Virus record (IMG/VR): IMGVR_UViG_3300022401_000003
Span: 1,250-65,249 of that record
Length of the DNA stretch: 64,000 nt
Source: a virus
Lineage: Duplodnaviria > Caudoviricetes
Direction: 5' to 3' (one strand)
Numbering within the stretch: position 1 is the first letter of the stretch; every line of letters starts with the position of its first letter. Of the stretch, positions 30,901-37,573 are shown in pieces. The notes beneath the pieces are model-generated. The model saw only the letters and a program-made list of their open reading frames with translations. It was not told the DNA's origin and ran no database searches. Both the position numbers and the translations under genes were made by a program.

Positions 30901-32823
30901 GCACAGCAGTACCCCGACCAATACAAGAGAGGTAAAGATGCTATCGGCATTCCTTACCGCATTGTAGAGAGCCGAGATATGAGACAGCACCAAGTTGTTG
31001 TGAAGCGTGGCGGTAGAGATTATGTAATCACTATCAACGGCAACCCTCGTGCGGCGCAGGCATTGAACGGACAGACCAACCCCGACAATGATATGTCGGG
31101 TGCTATCGGTGCTATTCTTCGTGCAGGAGAAAAGATAAACCGTCAGTTGAGTGCGCTCTATACCACACGTAACCCGGACTTCATCGTATCGAACTTTATG
31201 CGTGATATGCTCTACACCAACAGTATGGCGTGGATAAAGGAAAGCCCGAACTACGCTCTGCGTTTCCACAGGAACTACCTAATGGTAAACCCTGTTACAA
31301 TGAAACGCTTATTGGCGAAATATCGCAAGGGAACGCTTGATATGAGCAACAGGACCGAAGCAATGTTCCATCAGTTTATGATGAACGGAGGCGAAACAGG
31401 CTATGCCAATATCCGAGACATCGAGCAGCATAAGAACGACATCCGCAAGGAACTGAAACGAGCAAACGGCAAACTGAAACTTGCACGTGCTTGGAGCCTG
31501 CTTGCAGAGAAGTTCGATGAACTGAACAGAGCTGTTGAGAACTGTGCCCGATTTGCCGCTTTTGTAACCTCTCGTGAAATGGGCAGAAGCATTGACAGAG
31601 CCATTTACGATGCAAAGGAGATAAGTGTAAACTTCAACAAGAAAGGTAGCGGAGCGAAGTTCTATGACAGCGTAGGACAGACAAAGGCAGGAAACGCAAG
31701 TGCATTGGTATCGGGACTTGGTCGTAGCGGTTACGTCTTTTGGAATGCCGCCATTCAAGGTACTACCAACTTCGGGCGACAGATGAAGCGACACCCGGCA
31801 AAAGCCTTTACAGGTGTTGCGGCAATGTTCCTGCTTGGTGCTATCGTGGCATATTTGGGTGGCGATGATGATGAGGACGACAAGAACGCATACTACAACC
31901 TGCCCGAGTATGTGAGACGTAGTAACATTTTGTTCCGTGCAGGCGACAGTTGGATTTCCATTCCTCTGCCTATCGAGTACAGAGCGTTCTACGGAATGGG
32001 TGAACTTATGACCTCTGTATTCAGTGGCAAGGAACACCTTACAGGTGGCGAGATTGCCGAGGCGGTTTTGGGACAGGCTACACAGATATTGCCTATTGAC
32101 TTCTTGGAGGGTGGCGGTGGATTGAACGCTTTTGTTCCGAGTGCTGCCAAACCATTGTGGGAAGCCTACGTTGCAGAAAAGAGTTGGACGGGTATGCCAC
32201 TCTATAAGGACACTCCTTTCAATAAGGATATGCCGGAATGGACGAAAGCATACAGCAGCACCAATAAACACATCGTGAACTTGGCGGCAACTCTGAACGA
32301 GGCAACAGGTGGCGACCCATACACAAAGGGAGCAATCGACATCAACCCTGCCAAAGTTGAGTATATGCTAAACGGTTATTTCGGTGGAGTGTTCGGTACT
32401 ATCGACAAACTGACAAAGACTGCTGAAACGATTGTCGGCGACAGAGAGTATGACCCTCGTAGCATACTGTTGGTAAACCGACTTGTCAAGGCAGGCGATG
32501 AACGTACCGAGTACCGTGCCGTAAATAATGAGTATTTCCGTTTGAAAGAGGAACACGACCGATTGAAAACCCGATTGAGACACTATGAGGAAGATACCGA
32601 CAACGGCATCTTTGACTATGCCGAGAAGATAGATTTCCTCTACAACTCGCCCGAATACGAGCGTTACGAAATCTTTGAGGACTACCGCAAGGACATTGAC
32701 GACCTCTACGATGAAATGCAGGAGGCAGTCGATGATGAAGAGCGCAAGGACATCGAAGCCGAGTTGAACGAACTCAAAAAGGAGATGATACAGGAAATGA
32801 ACACAACTCGCAAACGTAAATAG
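15946..32823 (+). CDS. Giant (5625 aa) polyvalent ejection protein, DarB-like: ParB/DdrB-like, kinase, inorganic pyrophosphatase, N6-adenine methyltransferase, strawberry-notch helicase, HExxxH and LPD38-like domains
   Basis: QGNNRS (~20010); TKVKDP..DVEGDNVL..YFIDP (~21420-21820); GNYKKGH..DGDHIDVF..DEHKVMLGF (~21955-22350); QYSTP..VLEPTAGNG..NPPF (24526-24795); GDQTGVGKGRQ (~25813), DESH (~26271); HEAVAH (29425); C-terminal LPD38-like region. Confidence 0.88.
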   Translation: MPIFEYNGKKYNVKDEHIDSFMKDFPDASTIMEREGKKYRVRSADYRTFMSEQQNSEPQQPEQPAAAPPAPEVEEPATPTGETPLTEQDKIRFSAGIEQMKRRTRQSMDDFNERMATMREYHENAPLGGGQTVEGRMMFNPQSGKVEKTYITPLGNRYTSKWLADMESFRYRQAADMSVSGQLRRARLKLAELQAKRNERASEVHDEATEFNNTKLTGLGHALIGGQMYVGMQQSDPEKNALNVAIRQTEELIKDLEEQQDREQGEDVGFWRGFGRIAGDFRTWDFGMSDLSDAMTMMHADQLVDDNATEGEREAYNEMMGALYNKEQAEQAYGGNASFWNRAGVMTGYMPSFMLDFVITGGGFEGISLLSKGGTRAATKVIGSEVVEEMAEQGFKTYVRNNGVRGFGQYAGNWTIKALGTMGDDLLIRAPLMTNTVQVGKTTSDIIDRKLGNVVVNEDGTYDFSNDETWGSAIWQGEANAIIENYSEMFGAHLDPVVTFGNMSKLANVVGAKRLGAVLSKADAGALNGIMGQTHQLFNKMGVSDYFGEVTEEYYGQMWRTMLNLDDAYQQNPDGTRTNLFATGQFHGDVWGGMALSMGLMGAGKHTLSAAHYTSMKHSVNKADAHATELLGKEVWEPLRTSLDLTTNEDMGAMAEAIVNDKDFTDEERAAVLTYMERSMMMRGYNLGTLAQRRGAAQDEDVQALDESYIDGYSIESSQEMNDAKNMYDYQRQRALAIIEEDFLADIENDPAAHLDYIRNSEDWSDEERGILLDYLNSKQVYDGMIQRVRDDIDGRIDQSNAMVNARTNRTTGMIQGATMKQDDRRVYVINGNLVQYADGSGIDIEASDNSIIVRDAETGALEQVSPDAILNIDEALDPITEMQTAADAIRQQYAQEAANRIDGVVTFNPGDTYTITGDDAQIQVQIVANDEGIVDNGDGTVNVSDGTNVFPLAKETIQQQAEAAQLARVAQFEQQRAAENAAYQQAIEEESRPQYALNDLVSLRDENGNAVRGNITTDADADGRYEVYTEAPINGKRVNLFTRDELDSMLMEHNGVVIEQPAENEGNNGGENIPENGNIAPQNIPAMQRIPKDMQGNPLYEQTDSDTAWDAIVEQTEGDEAMAQTVADGMVADKEAALKKLEKAKSKGGATIAEKIAAEKERKAAIDAAQQELNIWKKIAGTANRRRMDAEAERRRVADEAAALRKAEEERLRAEREEAERIEREALNGVPDMVDDTPQDARARGYRRVSGHKIDRQEPLQAVQGKEVAVRFSDDAIANGRVAVIDAAQLQPSHIQGVRNPLHFIDEAQPKERNDEASVMSARKIAGNIRPEEITSSVTAYTGAPTVNARGEAIQGNNRSDALRLMWESHQDQAAQYKQYLIDHAEEFGLNADDVAAMERPVLVNMLDVDDAEAITLGQFVAQDTESGGTERIKPKNALQKMGNDMRSFANLLLKSNDEDTSFAGLVDNNGVEVLKWMSQRGYITPTQYKSAFDSKGNLTAEAKNDLRGIMYQSIFKGGSTRLEEMFNAMPAKAQKAILATAFRDYDSPNADRMIEEIQNSIRAFYALSQSEDFVNAKTFKDARLAVEGWKIQYQIDDVTGESYLPAENFSNFALLLATMYKGDNQSVIQGTFNKLYDLIQGTQEPNLFEQPDNTPRTLAQAIYETLNITYDGQQRSNVLVGDSSASQRGQQGSTGNAATGERIESGERTADSTGSIEAESTTGNEAVYQPQPERKGLEQTPDGGRETDGTGVADDATQEVLGASNRGDIRVLEEGLDTSYREYSEYSERTRRTTESERLVSLAKQHGLFIPAEVTKTLTGKVAKRTGESVVYIDTAAGKVTKVKDPYAKAAMKSGVQPEDAAFEHLVHNLLFPETAYTLEGISEEMGDVRIVLSQDFIQNYEQPTKEQIAEALAARGLFPEDNYSFGNELVSVTDVEGDNVLLGEDGTVYFIDPIIRFKKPLREILAALGGAEQKAPTIGEQIQAAEAEVNTNPTEAQKEAGNYKKGHVQIGTFNVTIEQPKGSVRSGVDADGKKWETEMQNTYGYIRGTEGVDGDHIDVFLSDDIDGWDGHKVFVVDQRNADGSFDEHKVMLGFNDINDAEAAYMSNYEEGWQGLGAITGVSIEEFEKWIASSHRKTKAFAEYKSVKTTEGQNASADKDLRRKLADFNVGDVVRDYYNQKLYRIKKHSTNGVSTIAELDAEGNEVGTTTMNAHNNSRYSLAEAPVKAETPTISQDSEQVSDQDNAPYTIAPAQYTTKKGKVLDMHLVKFAGTLTKEQQRAAKELAKAEKGWYDREQGGFMMRSEESAKQLADTILNNDDAVSDAQPVSMTDIQALNNGDVLFTEPQQPKEQPKDEEYHPIWQYSIHIDADGYTTISRDDVSSGYPIGDARFRYSTDSPEEMLDILRNPLNGMQEALEAVGVTLENKIKTRELDRKIKEERRREYEALRANGYNGYKIGDEVIYKGKKAKIHDLEEYGEHRPVLDTGLAPVMYEVAEWSDIQSDTSSKTIFSSAFKDLVSEDGKYNIRITKVDGAKRIVTADLNTANVGGEGLVLSFEEMTDILNSGNWQEKIASEPKNEGQFGLVSDERMAELKDRLRKKLGGQMNIGIDPEILAIGLEIAVGHLDRGVKTFTDFAKVMISDLGDVIRPYLKAFYNGARELPEVVENGLASDMTSYDEVQSFDVANFDKQGIDAFATAETVTREAEVAQEVEVAQERIKKTRSAKKETKKKSVTSQEQTGGLFDDLFAETNKADAELHRQFAMTVKADMLAALDNGTKPYRSILDLRKRASELGMEVDSDGRTDILLQELVEDGLVRAAREVIGRKGRNSRASYDLICKLYEMQPTIAARSSNRIKMQQYSTPLPMAWIANHFAMANKAGGKVLEPTAGNGMLVFTVPVEQVHANELDETRLDNLREQGFAEVTQQDATEPFEGGMQYDVVIANPPFGKREAVEYDGKMIPGLDPQITLNALASMKDDGRAAIIIGGNMEYASNGAIKSMKPFFTYLYDHYNVKGVIDMSGGLYAKQGTTFPTRMILIDGRRSDEERAQTAVYPPVESKAIRKAESFDDLYEIINEVLNSKEKTNGTEILRSRERQLASVNNETSGNTDGAGHREQPRKNDDVGSRRKPTKEHSDGSEQVLPRERRTNNADGETRAETPRDNAGGSRSVSDTDIQRVGTERVSTNGVGLKQTPTEHKKRTLTDEKSAYRPHNSAFSLNSVAPAAMVEAMDNVLTQIEAQHGSIDEFIRTELGYDTVEEAHQALAAEQMDSVAMAIYQMKQGQALIIGDQTGVGKGRQMAALIRWAVQRGEKPVFITQKADLFSDIYRDLVDVGSGDLVPFIFNSDGAMVDSKGNTVHKPLSSTEMAKVFASGTLPDEYDFAVLTYSQVNTGDAVSQQEMEEAAKKSGARTKKSKNVKNGKATPKATFLRAIAEDNYLFLDESHTAAGSSNTGAYLQSILRTAKAATFASATFAKRPDTMPLYAIRTAMSQAKVEPDKMISIIEKGGVTLQEIMSRELTNAGQMVRRERDMSDVITDWKTITDPETVRRARENYDRTIAAFNAIIKFQEDYVKPMIEALDMELAVMAESAGVKRGTDKMGVENVPFASKTYNYTKQLMLALKVDAIADEVEAEINAGRHPVIALESTMESSIKDYAAGEIIDEPTFSASLLKGLDTVMQYTVKDEDGNERHERYSPQALGPAGEKAYYELQDFIRESTSDIFISPLDAIIERLHEKGYKVGELTGRNMYVERNDDGRVVVKRRTDKDKKRMQREFNSGVLDVLILNKSASTGISLHASEKFSDQRQRSMIIAQPLSDINDYMQMIGRIDRTGQVHRGYYINLGLPVPAENRFLMMLSTKLKSLNANTTTSQDSESNDVEAPDLLNKYGSQVVVEYLRDNVEIYEKMGTPLKKGGLGGGRVQASELDEYKPQEDDARKVTGYVALLTTKEQEEFYDDVVRRYNELIKYLNDTGSNDLKINVMPLRAKTIERRVSSEGIDPNGSNPFARNSFVEKVEMDVLRKPMKADEIRKVIEQINRGVAPAEYLESVIEIIRKEDEARIAAEEERYEKAKAKAVEDIAKQTDKINGQKKRSEEEKRVAIENFIAETNEKVEAKHNDNILRLNQSSDQMMHRLRMFEVGKSYLVPDNLESMIFDFATPAIFCGYKTKDSKITASTTLAVFATLDGRRRIEIKLSQIDALRSIDKMTNDNWDAARATTLDNWDSQIPSETRKTGFIMTGNILQAIADTQDEYGGYPGQLISYTDIDGNVHDGILMPDKWNASMLKTSGAPLSSRLQQIKDYTPITSHDGKVEIMGSSWAKMFYLTVPKTKKDGAVYYENKTLLRAAGGNFYPYRGKLRADIPEERITEVVKELTKLGVKVKEEHHSDDALNREGVGSYTDDELALESDPVSKPRGTRKQRREFAQRERQRMAERVERLAKKLHLDNVEVVTDASTLEGKKQRAKGFYTKSTGKITIVIPNHSTAFDVEQTLLHEAVAHYGLRQLFGEHFETFLDNVFNNADEAIRQRIVALAAKNGWDFHKATEEYLAMLAENTEFENTNASWWRQIKDFFLNMLHKIGFEDFRGVTLTDNELRYILWRSYENLAEPGRYRSILGEAADVAKQYELGVGNYSDTNLNPNFAAESDDDLYRDGDPKIHERELARDRYERRVKTGMFQSQEALQDSMLGLKEAMQAILGQGTNIEDVDGFENAYLGENRLSSVNKAEADAFAQTLFKPMLDEVAKLSRNEAEREELTDYMMAKHGLERNAYMRNEAINNGATDADQTDYAGLTALTGMDDVADAEAEAQRIVDDYEQAHDTTDLWEKVNAVSKAILQKSYDCGMMSKETFDKVSAMYEFYIPLRGFDEKTSAEAYAYLSHKHSAFNAPIKKAEGRRSKADDPFANLQSMAEGAIMQGNRNKLVKQRFLNFALNHPSDLVSVSDIWVEYDAVTDEWKPVFPDNIESTDTPEEVEQKMQDFETKMESLAQQYPDQYKRGKDAIGIPYRIVESRDMRQHQVVVKRGGRDYVITINGNPRAAQALNGQTNPDNDMSGAIGAILRAGEKINRQLSALYTTRNPDFIVSNFMRDMLYTNSMAWIKESPNYALRFHRNYLMVNPVTMKRLLAKYRKGTLDMSNRTEAMFHQFMMNGGETGYANIRDIEQHKNDIRKELKRANGKLKLARAWSLLAEKFDELNRAVENCARFAAFVTSREMGRSIDRAIYDAKEISVNFNKKGSGAKFYDSVGQTKAGNASALVSGLGRSGYVFWNAAIQGTTNFGRQMKRHPAKAFTGVAAMFLLGAIVAYLGGDDDEDDKNAYYNLPEYVRRSNILFRAGDSWISIPLPIEYRAFYGMGELMTSVFSGKEHLTGGEIAEAVLGQATQILPIDFLEGGGGLNAFVPSAAKPLWEAYVAEKSWTGMPLYKDTPFNKDMPEWTKAYSSTNKHIVNLAATLNEATGGDPYTKGAIDINPAKVEYMLNGYFGGVFGTIDKLTKTAETIVGDREYDPRSILLVNRLVKAGDERTEYRAVNNEYFRLKEEHDRLKTRLRHYEEDTDNGIFDYAEKIDFLYNSPEYERYEIFEDYRKDIDDLYDEMQEAVDDEERKDIEAELNELKKEMIQEMNTTRKRK
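20963..21352 (+). CDS. Putative nested gene (129 aa) in the +1 frame of the giant protein gene
   Basis: Protein-like helical composition (E/Q/L/M/W) while the host frame is a G/S/R/T linker; A-rich leader ATTAAACATTACCTACG-ATG. Confidence 0.5.
   Translation: MDNSEAMYWLAIVQQANEGSKEAQEMLQQENELRVESGQPTVQEALKQKAQQATKPYINPNPNEKDLNKLLMEDGKQTAQEWLMTQPKKYWERATEAIYECLKRGWTLHTGNIQSTARELDAQRNPKGW
25208..25522 (+). CDS. Putative nested gene (104 aa) in the +1 frame of the giant protein gene
   Basis: MEQKYYVAEKGSWHLSITKHP... acidic helical ORF spanning the MTase-helicase linker; leader ATTAAACTCTAAGGAAAAGACAA-ATG. Confidence 0.5.
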   Translation: MEQKYYVAEKGSWHLSITKHPGTLTEQDIVNNLERMMMLEAEENQQKSIRTEANRFYQENVERIMQMVKPGQKLQEITQEEAEVYLTLTFSEWEQSEFPQTEWD

Positions 32824-32841
32824 TTATACTTGAAAAGAATG

Positions 32842-32849
32842 CTTGGGGT
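32842..32849 (+). promoter_or_regulatory. -7 promoter element upstream of the portal gene
   Basis: TACCTTTG in the intergenic region. Confidence 0.55.
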
Positions 32850-32894
32850 AGTACCTTTGTGGCTATCCTAAGCATTCTATAATATTCAACGATT

Positions 32895-34868
32895 ATGCAT
32901 ACAGAAAAAGGAAATAAAAGGTTATTGTCTATGAGCCGTATCGCTCCCAAGCGTGATACGGAAGAGATAGACACCGTAGCGATGTCTTCCCGGCAGTTCG
33001 GCGACCGCAGGGCGTTCGATGTGCTGATGGAAGCGCAGCACTATTGGAACCAGATGGAGGATTTCCGAAAGGACAGAGAACGCAACAAGCGTTACACCTA
33101 TGGTTTCCAATGGGACGATAAAATTTGTGTGGACGGCAAGACTATGACCGAGGAAGAGTACATCAAGAGTCAGGGCAATGTGCCGTTGAAAAACAACCTT
33201 ATCCGCAGATTAGTCAAAAGTGTGCTTGGTGTGTACCGCAGTCAGAGTAAAGAGCCGACCTGTACCGCACGAGACCGAGACGAACAGAAGTTGGGCGAAA
33301 CAATGAGTACCATTCTGCAATGCAATATGCAACTTAACAGAATGACGGAGGTGTATGCCCGAACAATGGAAGAGTTTCTAATCAGCGGTTTTATAGTACA
33401 CCGCAAGTCATACGGTTGGCGTAATGGTAAGGAGGACTGTTGGACGGACTATGTTCAGCCAAACAATTTCTTTATCGACAACAATATGCGTGATTTCAGA
33501 GGTTGGGACGTTTCGGTGCTTGGCGAGATACACGACATTTCATTTGGGCAGTTGTGTGAGCAGTTCGCCACATCACCCGAGGAATACCGCAAACTCCGTG
33601 AAATCTACAAGTGGGCTGCTAAAAAGGAATACATTGCCTCGTATGCAGAGCGTTTCGGATATAGCCGTTTGCAGAATTACGACTTTCTGTTCACGAGCGA
33701 GCCGGGACGATGCAGGGTTATCGAGGTGTGGCGCAAGGAACAGAAACCACGTTGGCGATGCCACGACTACCAAAATGGCGACATCTTCAAGATTGACGTT
33801 GAGGACTACCAAAGGTGTGTTGTAGCCGAGAACGAGGAGCGTAAAAGAATGGCAAAGGCTGTCGGTATGCCCGAGGAGGAAGTGCCATTGATTAAAGCCA
33901 CTTGGTTTGTCGATGATTATTGGTATTTCTACTATCTGTCCCCATTCGGAGACATCTTGAAAGAGGGTGAAACGCCATACGAACACGACAGCCACCCATA
34001 CGTATTCAAGGCATATCCGTTCATTGACGGTGAGATACATTCGTTTGTGGCTGACGTTATCGACCAACAACGATACACCAACCGACTGATTACATTGTAC
34101 GATTGGATAATGCGTGCAAGTGCGAAAGGTGTGCTGATGATGCCCGAGGATTGTTTGCCGGATGGTGTCAGCATTGACGATATTGCCGAGAGTTGGACCG
34201 AGTTTAACGGTGTCATTGTCTATAAGCCGAGCAAGAGCGGCAAAGTGCCGGAACAGGTTGCCAACAATTCGACAAACATCGGTATTGCCGAGTTGCTGAA
34301 TATGCAGTTGAAGTTCTTTGAGGACATATCGGGTGTTACAGGTGCATTGCAAGGCAAGCCCGGATTTTCGGGCGAGAGTGCTGCACATTACCAACAGCAG
34401 ACACAGAACGCCACCACTACATTGCTTGACCTGTTGGAGTGCTTCAGCGGCTTTGTTGTGGACGGAGCGTACAAGGATGTCAAGAATATGCAGCAGTTCT
34501 ATGACAGCAAGAGAGTATTCAACATTGCAGGCAAGAGCGGCGCACAAATCGAGTACGACCCGAAGAAGATACGAGACGTGGAGTTCGATTTGAGCATTAC
34601 AGAAAGCACAACGACACCTGCATACAGACATCTTGCCAACGATATACTGTTGCAGTTGTGGCAATCGCAGGCAATCAGCGTAGAGCAGTTGCTTGAACAC
34701 GGAGACTTCCCATTTGCTGATGAATTGTTGCAGAGCATCAAATCGCAGAAAGAGCAGTTAGCGCAGGGCAAAGTTCCTGACGGTCTTTCTCCCGAACTGA
34801 TGGCGAAAGCACAGCAGGGAGCCAATATGCAAGCTGTAGGAAGATTGCACAGCGCAATGGCAGCATAA
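32895..34868 (+). CDS. Portal protein (P22 gp1-like)
   Basis: 657 aa with R..RY..G.QW, NNLIRR, DVIDQQRYTNR, ISGV..ALQG, ESAA and Q-rich C-terminal patterns. Confidence 0.85.
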   Translation: MHTEKGNKRLLSMSRIAPKRDTEEIDTVAMSSRQFGDRRAFDVLMEAQHYWNQMEDFRKDRERNKRYTYGFQWDDKICVDGKTMTEEEYIKSQGNVPLKNNLIRRLVKSVLGVYRSQSKEPTCTARDRDEQKLGETMSTILQCNMQLNRMTEVYARTMEEFLISGFIVHRKSYGWRNGKEDCWTDYVQPNNFFIDNNMRDFRGWDVSVLGEIHDISFGQLCEQFATSPEEYRKLREIYKWAAKKEYIASYAERFGYSRLQNYDFLFTSEPGRCRVIEVWRKEQKPRWRCHDYQNGDIFKIDVEDYQRCVVAENEERKRMAKAVGMPEEEVPLIKATWFVDDYWYFYYLSPFGDILKEGETPYEHDSHPYVFKAYPFIDGEIHSFVADVIDQQRYTNRLITLYDWIMRASAKGVLMMPEDCLPDGVSIDDIAESWTEFNGVIVYKPSKSGKVPEQVANNSTNIGIAELLNMQLKFFEDISGVTGALQGKPGFSGESAAHYQQQTQNATTTLLDLLECFSGFVVDGAYKDVKNMQQFYDSKRVFNIAGKSGAQIEYDPKKIRDVEFDLSITESTTTPAYRHLANDILLQLWQSQAISVEQLLEHGDFPFADELLQSIKSQKEQLAQGKVPDGLSPELMAKAQQGANMQAVGRLHSAMAA

Positions 34869-34871
34869 AAC

Positions 34872-34907
34872 AGAGGGCGTATAGATTGGTTTTTCTATAC
34901 GCCCTCT
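34872..34907. terminator. Bidirectional intrinsic terminator
   Basis: 14-bp stem AGAGGGCGTATAGA/TCTATACGCCCTCT between convergent genes. Confidence 0.85.
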
Positions 34908-34911
34908 TTGT

Positions 34912-35118
34912 TTACTTCTTTGTAGAGTGAGAAATGTCTTCAAGATATTCTACGACATCATCTAATGTTACAACTTTGTCTTCGTGGCAGACAGGCTCAA
35001 TATTCTTTGCCATTGCCCAAATGCCATTTTTCTTGCCGATTGTTCCCTTTGCATTATCTGTGGCATTGGGGTTGTTGGTTAGCGTTGCTATACCGTCAAT
35101 GTTTCCGTACCTGCCCAT
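34912..35118 (-). CDS. Hypothetical protein
   Basis: 68-aa ORF overlapping the upstream gene. Confidence 0.55.
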   Translation of the reverse strand: MGRYGNIDGIATLTNNPNATDNAKGTIGKKNGIWAMAKNIEPVCHEDKVVTLDDVVEYLEDISHSTKK

Positions 35119-35449
35119 TCTTCTTTGATTTAGCGATTGCTTCCAACCAAGAGAAGTATTGCTTCTTCTTCAATGCTACTGCTTCGGCAGACAATTCGCC
35201 TGCTCCATTGCGATATGGTGTGCAGTAGAAACACTCCACTTCAAGGTCTCTTACGAATGTGTTGTAATTGATGTAGTGCTTCTGCTTGAGTTTACGGAAA
35301 TTGTTCCTATCCATAATGACAAGTTGTCCGCTTGTACCACTTGTTGGCATTACATAGTAACGCTGTCCGTTCTCACTGTGTGCCTTGTCTGCTTTTCTCA
35401 CTGCCTCACGCAAACGAAGAGAGGCTTTGAATTTCTTGAAAATGTTCAT
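35096..35449 (-). CDS. Hypothetical basic protein
   Basis: 117-aa ORF downstream of TerL. Confidence 0.7.
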   Translation of the reverse strand: MNIFKKFKASLRLREAVRKADKAHSENGQRYYVMPTSGTSGQLVIMDRNNFRKLKQKHYINYNTFVRDLEVECFYCTPYRNGAGELSAEAVALKKKQYFSWLEAIAKSKKNGQVRKH

Positions 35450-35473
35450 TGTTCTGTTGTTATTTAGTTAAAC

Positions 35474-37573
35474 TTATATTGTTGCGGCAGATACCGCCTT
35501 TCTCTTCTTGGTTATAAACCTGCCCACACGAGGAACAAATCTCGGCAATTCCATTTCAAAGAAACAGATGTGCAGACCTATTGCACGTGTCATCAGCAAG
35601 TCATCGTGTTTTCCTGTAATTGCTCCGAATGCTCCGTTCGGTTTCTTCTCATAGCACAAGTATTCGTCCAGGCATCGTGCATCACGTTCGGTATAGAGGT
35701 TCTCACGAATGACCTTTACGAGTGTGGATATAATCATTGGTTTTGTTGCAATGTTGGTGTGGAAGCCATAATTCTTTGGCAAGCCCTCACGTATTGCCTC
35801 CTCTGACTGCTTGCGTGCATAGAGGTTGGGATAAATATCCTTAATCTGATTGAGGATAAACTGTGATTGGTCGCCGTCCACCTCACGCTCCTTGTCGTGT
35901 GTTTCGAGCGTGTTGCTCTCTATCACAAGCAGGGAGTTGTCATAGAACGCTGCTATCTGTGCCGCTTTCCACGCCAACAAGTCAATGTCTATGTGTCCGT
36001 ACCATTGTGCCACAACCGTAGGTTTTCCACCCTCTGCCATAAACAGACGGTCGAGAACGAGGATAACAGAGAAGTCGGCTTTGTTGGAACGTCCTCCGAC
36101 ATCGACTATCGTAACATATCTGTCTGTTACAATCTCTTTATCGTCAATCTCGGGCATTTCCCAAATGTGGAGCAAGCCCTGTTTATCTTCGGTGAAGCGT
36201 AGGTTTTTCAAAGCATTTTTGCCCTCATCTTCATCGGCATACACCTCACCAATGTAGCGAGGTGGGCGACACGATGGGCGCAGCTTCTCAACCTTGTATT
36301 TGTCGAACACTCTTGCTCCCGAATGTACGAAAGCCTCAACATCATCTGACGGGAACTCTGCCGCCATCAGTCCGTGGTCGGTGTACTTTGCACGCTCCTG
36401 TATGTACCAATTTATTGCTTCGAGGGTTGCGCCCTGTTCCCATAACCACCACAGATATTTTCCGCTCTCCTCACGAACTGACGGAACATTGTCGTTCTCA
36501 CGGTTGGCATAGAGCATCTGTGCGAATATCTCCACATCATCGAGAGGCAAAGAATACTGCTCAATATCAAACCACGAAACGAACATCGCTTCAAACTGTG
36601 ATTTTCCGCTCTTGGCATCGTCATACTCCTTTTGGAAGAAGTTACCTGTACCATTGGCGGTACTCTCATATACAATCATCGTGTAAGGACGGAGCAATAC
36701 ACCCGAGCAAGCAGAGCGCACAATATCTTCGGGCTTCTTTCCCTCTGTTGCTTTCCACAGTCCGACCTCGGAAAGATGCACGAGGTTATAATCACCACCA
36801 CGACAAGAGTCCGGGCGTTCTGCTGTACCAATCTTGATTTTGCAGTTACGCTGTGGTACACGATGAATACTGCCCGACTTACCAACGCCGACCAATTTAG
36901 GCTCATTCTCATTGTATGCCTCGCCTAACTTGTGCAGCATTTCCACAGGATAGTTCTTAATCATACGGTCGAACATATCCTTGATTTCGTCAGAGCCTGC
37001 GCCTTGATGTGCAATGATAAGCGAGTTCAAACCGACCTTGTGAACGAGTTGCAACCACGCCATATACAACTGCGATGTGGTTGAGCCGCCCCATTGTCGA
37101 GCCTTCAAGAGAACAATACGAATAGGCTTGTTTGCCTTGCGGCGTTTTTCCAAACGTGCAATAAACCTACGTTGAGGACGTGTGAGGCGAAATAATACAT
37201 CTTCGCCACCACCTTTGTTCTTGATATATACAAATGTAGCCGCCCAAAAGGGAAAGTCGTGTCTGTTTCTGATGCGTACAAACTGACTGATAACTTTTAG
37301 TCGGTCGCTTTCGTAGTCCTCCTCTTCGTTTGCTCCGAGTTCCTGCAAGAACGCTTTAATGGAGCCGCATTCCGCAAGTTGCCGTACAAGCGGCACTTTC
37401 ATCATTTCGACAGGCAGGTATTGCGTGCGTATGGGGAAGTCATCAATAACCACCTTAACACGCTCACCGACCGAGCCGAAGCCGCTAATCGGGTCGAAAC
37501 GTGCATATATCTCCGCATTACGGCGGTTGTTCTCTTCGATGATATTGCGTATTGCGATGTTCATATCAGCCAA
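35474..37573 (-). CDS. terL: Terminase large subunit
   Basis: IVLLKARQWGGST Walker A region, VHLSEV Walker B, YESTANG, IVDVGG nuclease Asp, IESN and HDDLLM motifs. Confidence 0.93.
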   Translation of the reverse strand: MADMNIAIRNIIEENNRRNAEIYARFDPISGFGSVGERVKVVIDDFPIRTQYLPVEMMKVPLVRQLAECGSIKAFLQELGANEEEDYESDRLKVISQFVRIRNRHDFPFWAATFVYIKNKGGGEDVLFRLTRPQRRFIARLEKRRKANKPIRIVLLKARQWGGSTTSQLYMAWLQLVHKVGLNSLIIAHQGAGSDEIKDMFDRMIKNYPVEMLHKLGEAYNENEPKLVGVGKSGSIHRVPQRNCKIKIGTAERPDSCRGGDYNLVHLSEVGLWKATEGKKPEDIVRSACSGVLLRPYTMIVYESTANGTGNFFQKEYDDAKSGKSQFEAMFVSWFDIEQYSLPLDDVEIFAQMLYANRENDNVPSVREESGKYLWWLWEQGATLEAINWYIQERAKYTDHGLMAAEFPSDDVEAFVHSGARVFDKYKVEKLRPSCRPPRYIGEVYADEDEGKNALKNLRFTEDKQGLLHIWEMPEIDDKEIVTDRYVTIVDVGGRSNKADFSVILVLDRLFMAEGGKPTVVAQWYGHIDIDLLAWKAAQIAAFYDNSLLVIESNTLETHDKEREVDGDQSQFILNQIKDIYPNLYARKQSEEAIREGLPKNYGFHTNIATKPMIISTLVKVIRENLYTERDARCLDEYLCYEKKPNGAFGAITGKHDDLLMTRAIGLHICFFEMELPRFVPRVGRFITKKRKAVSAATI

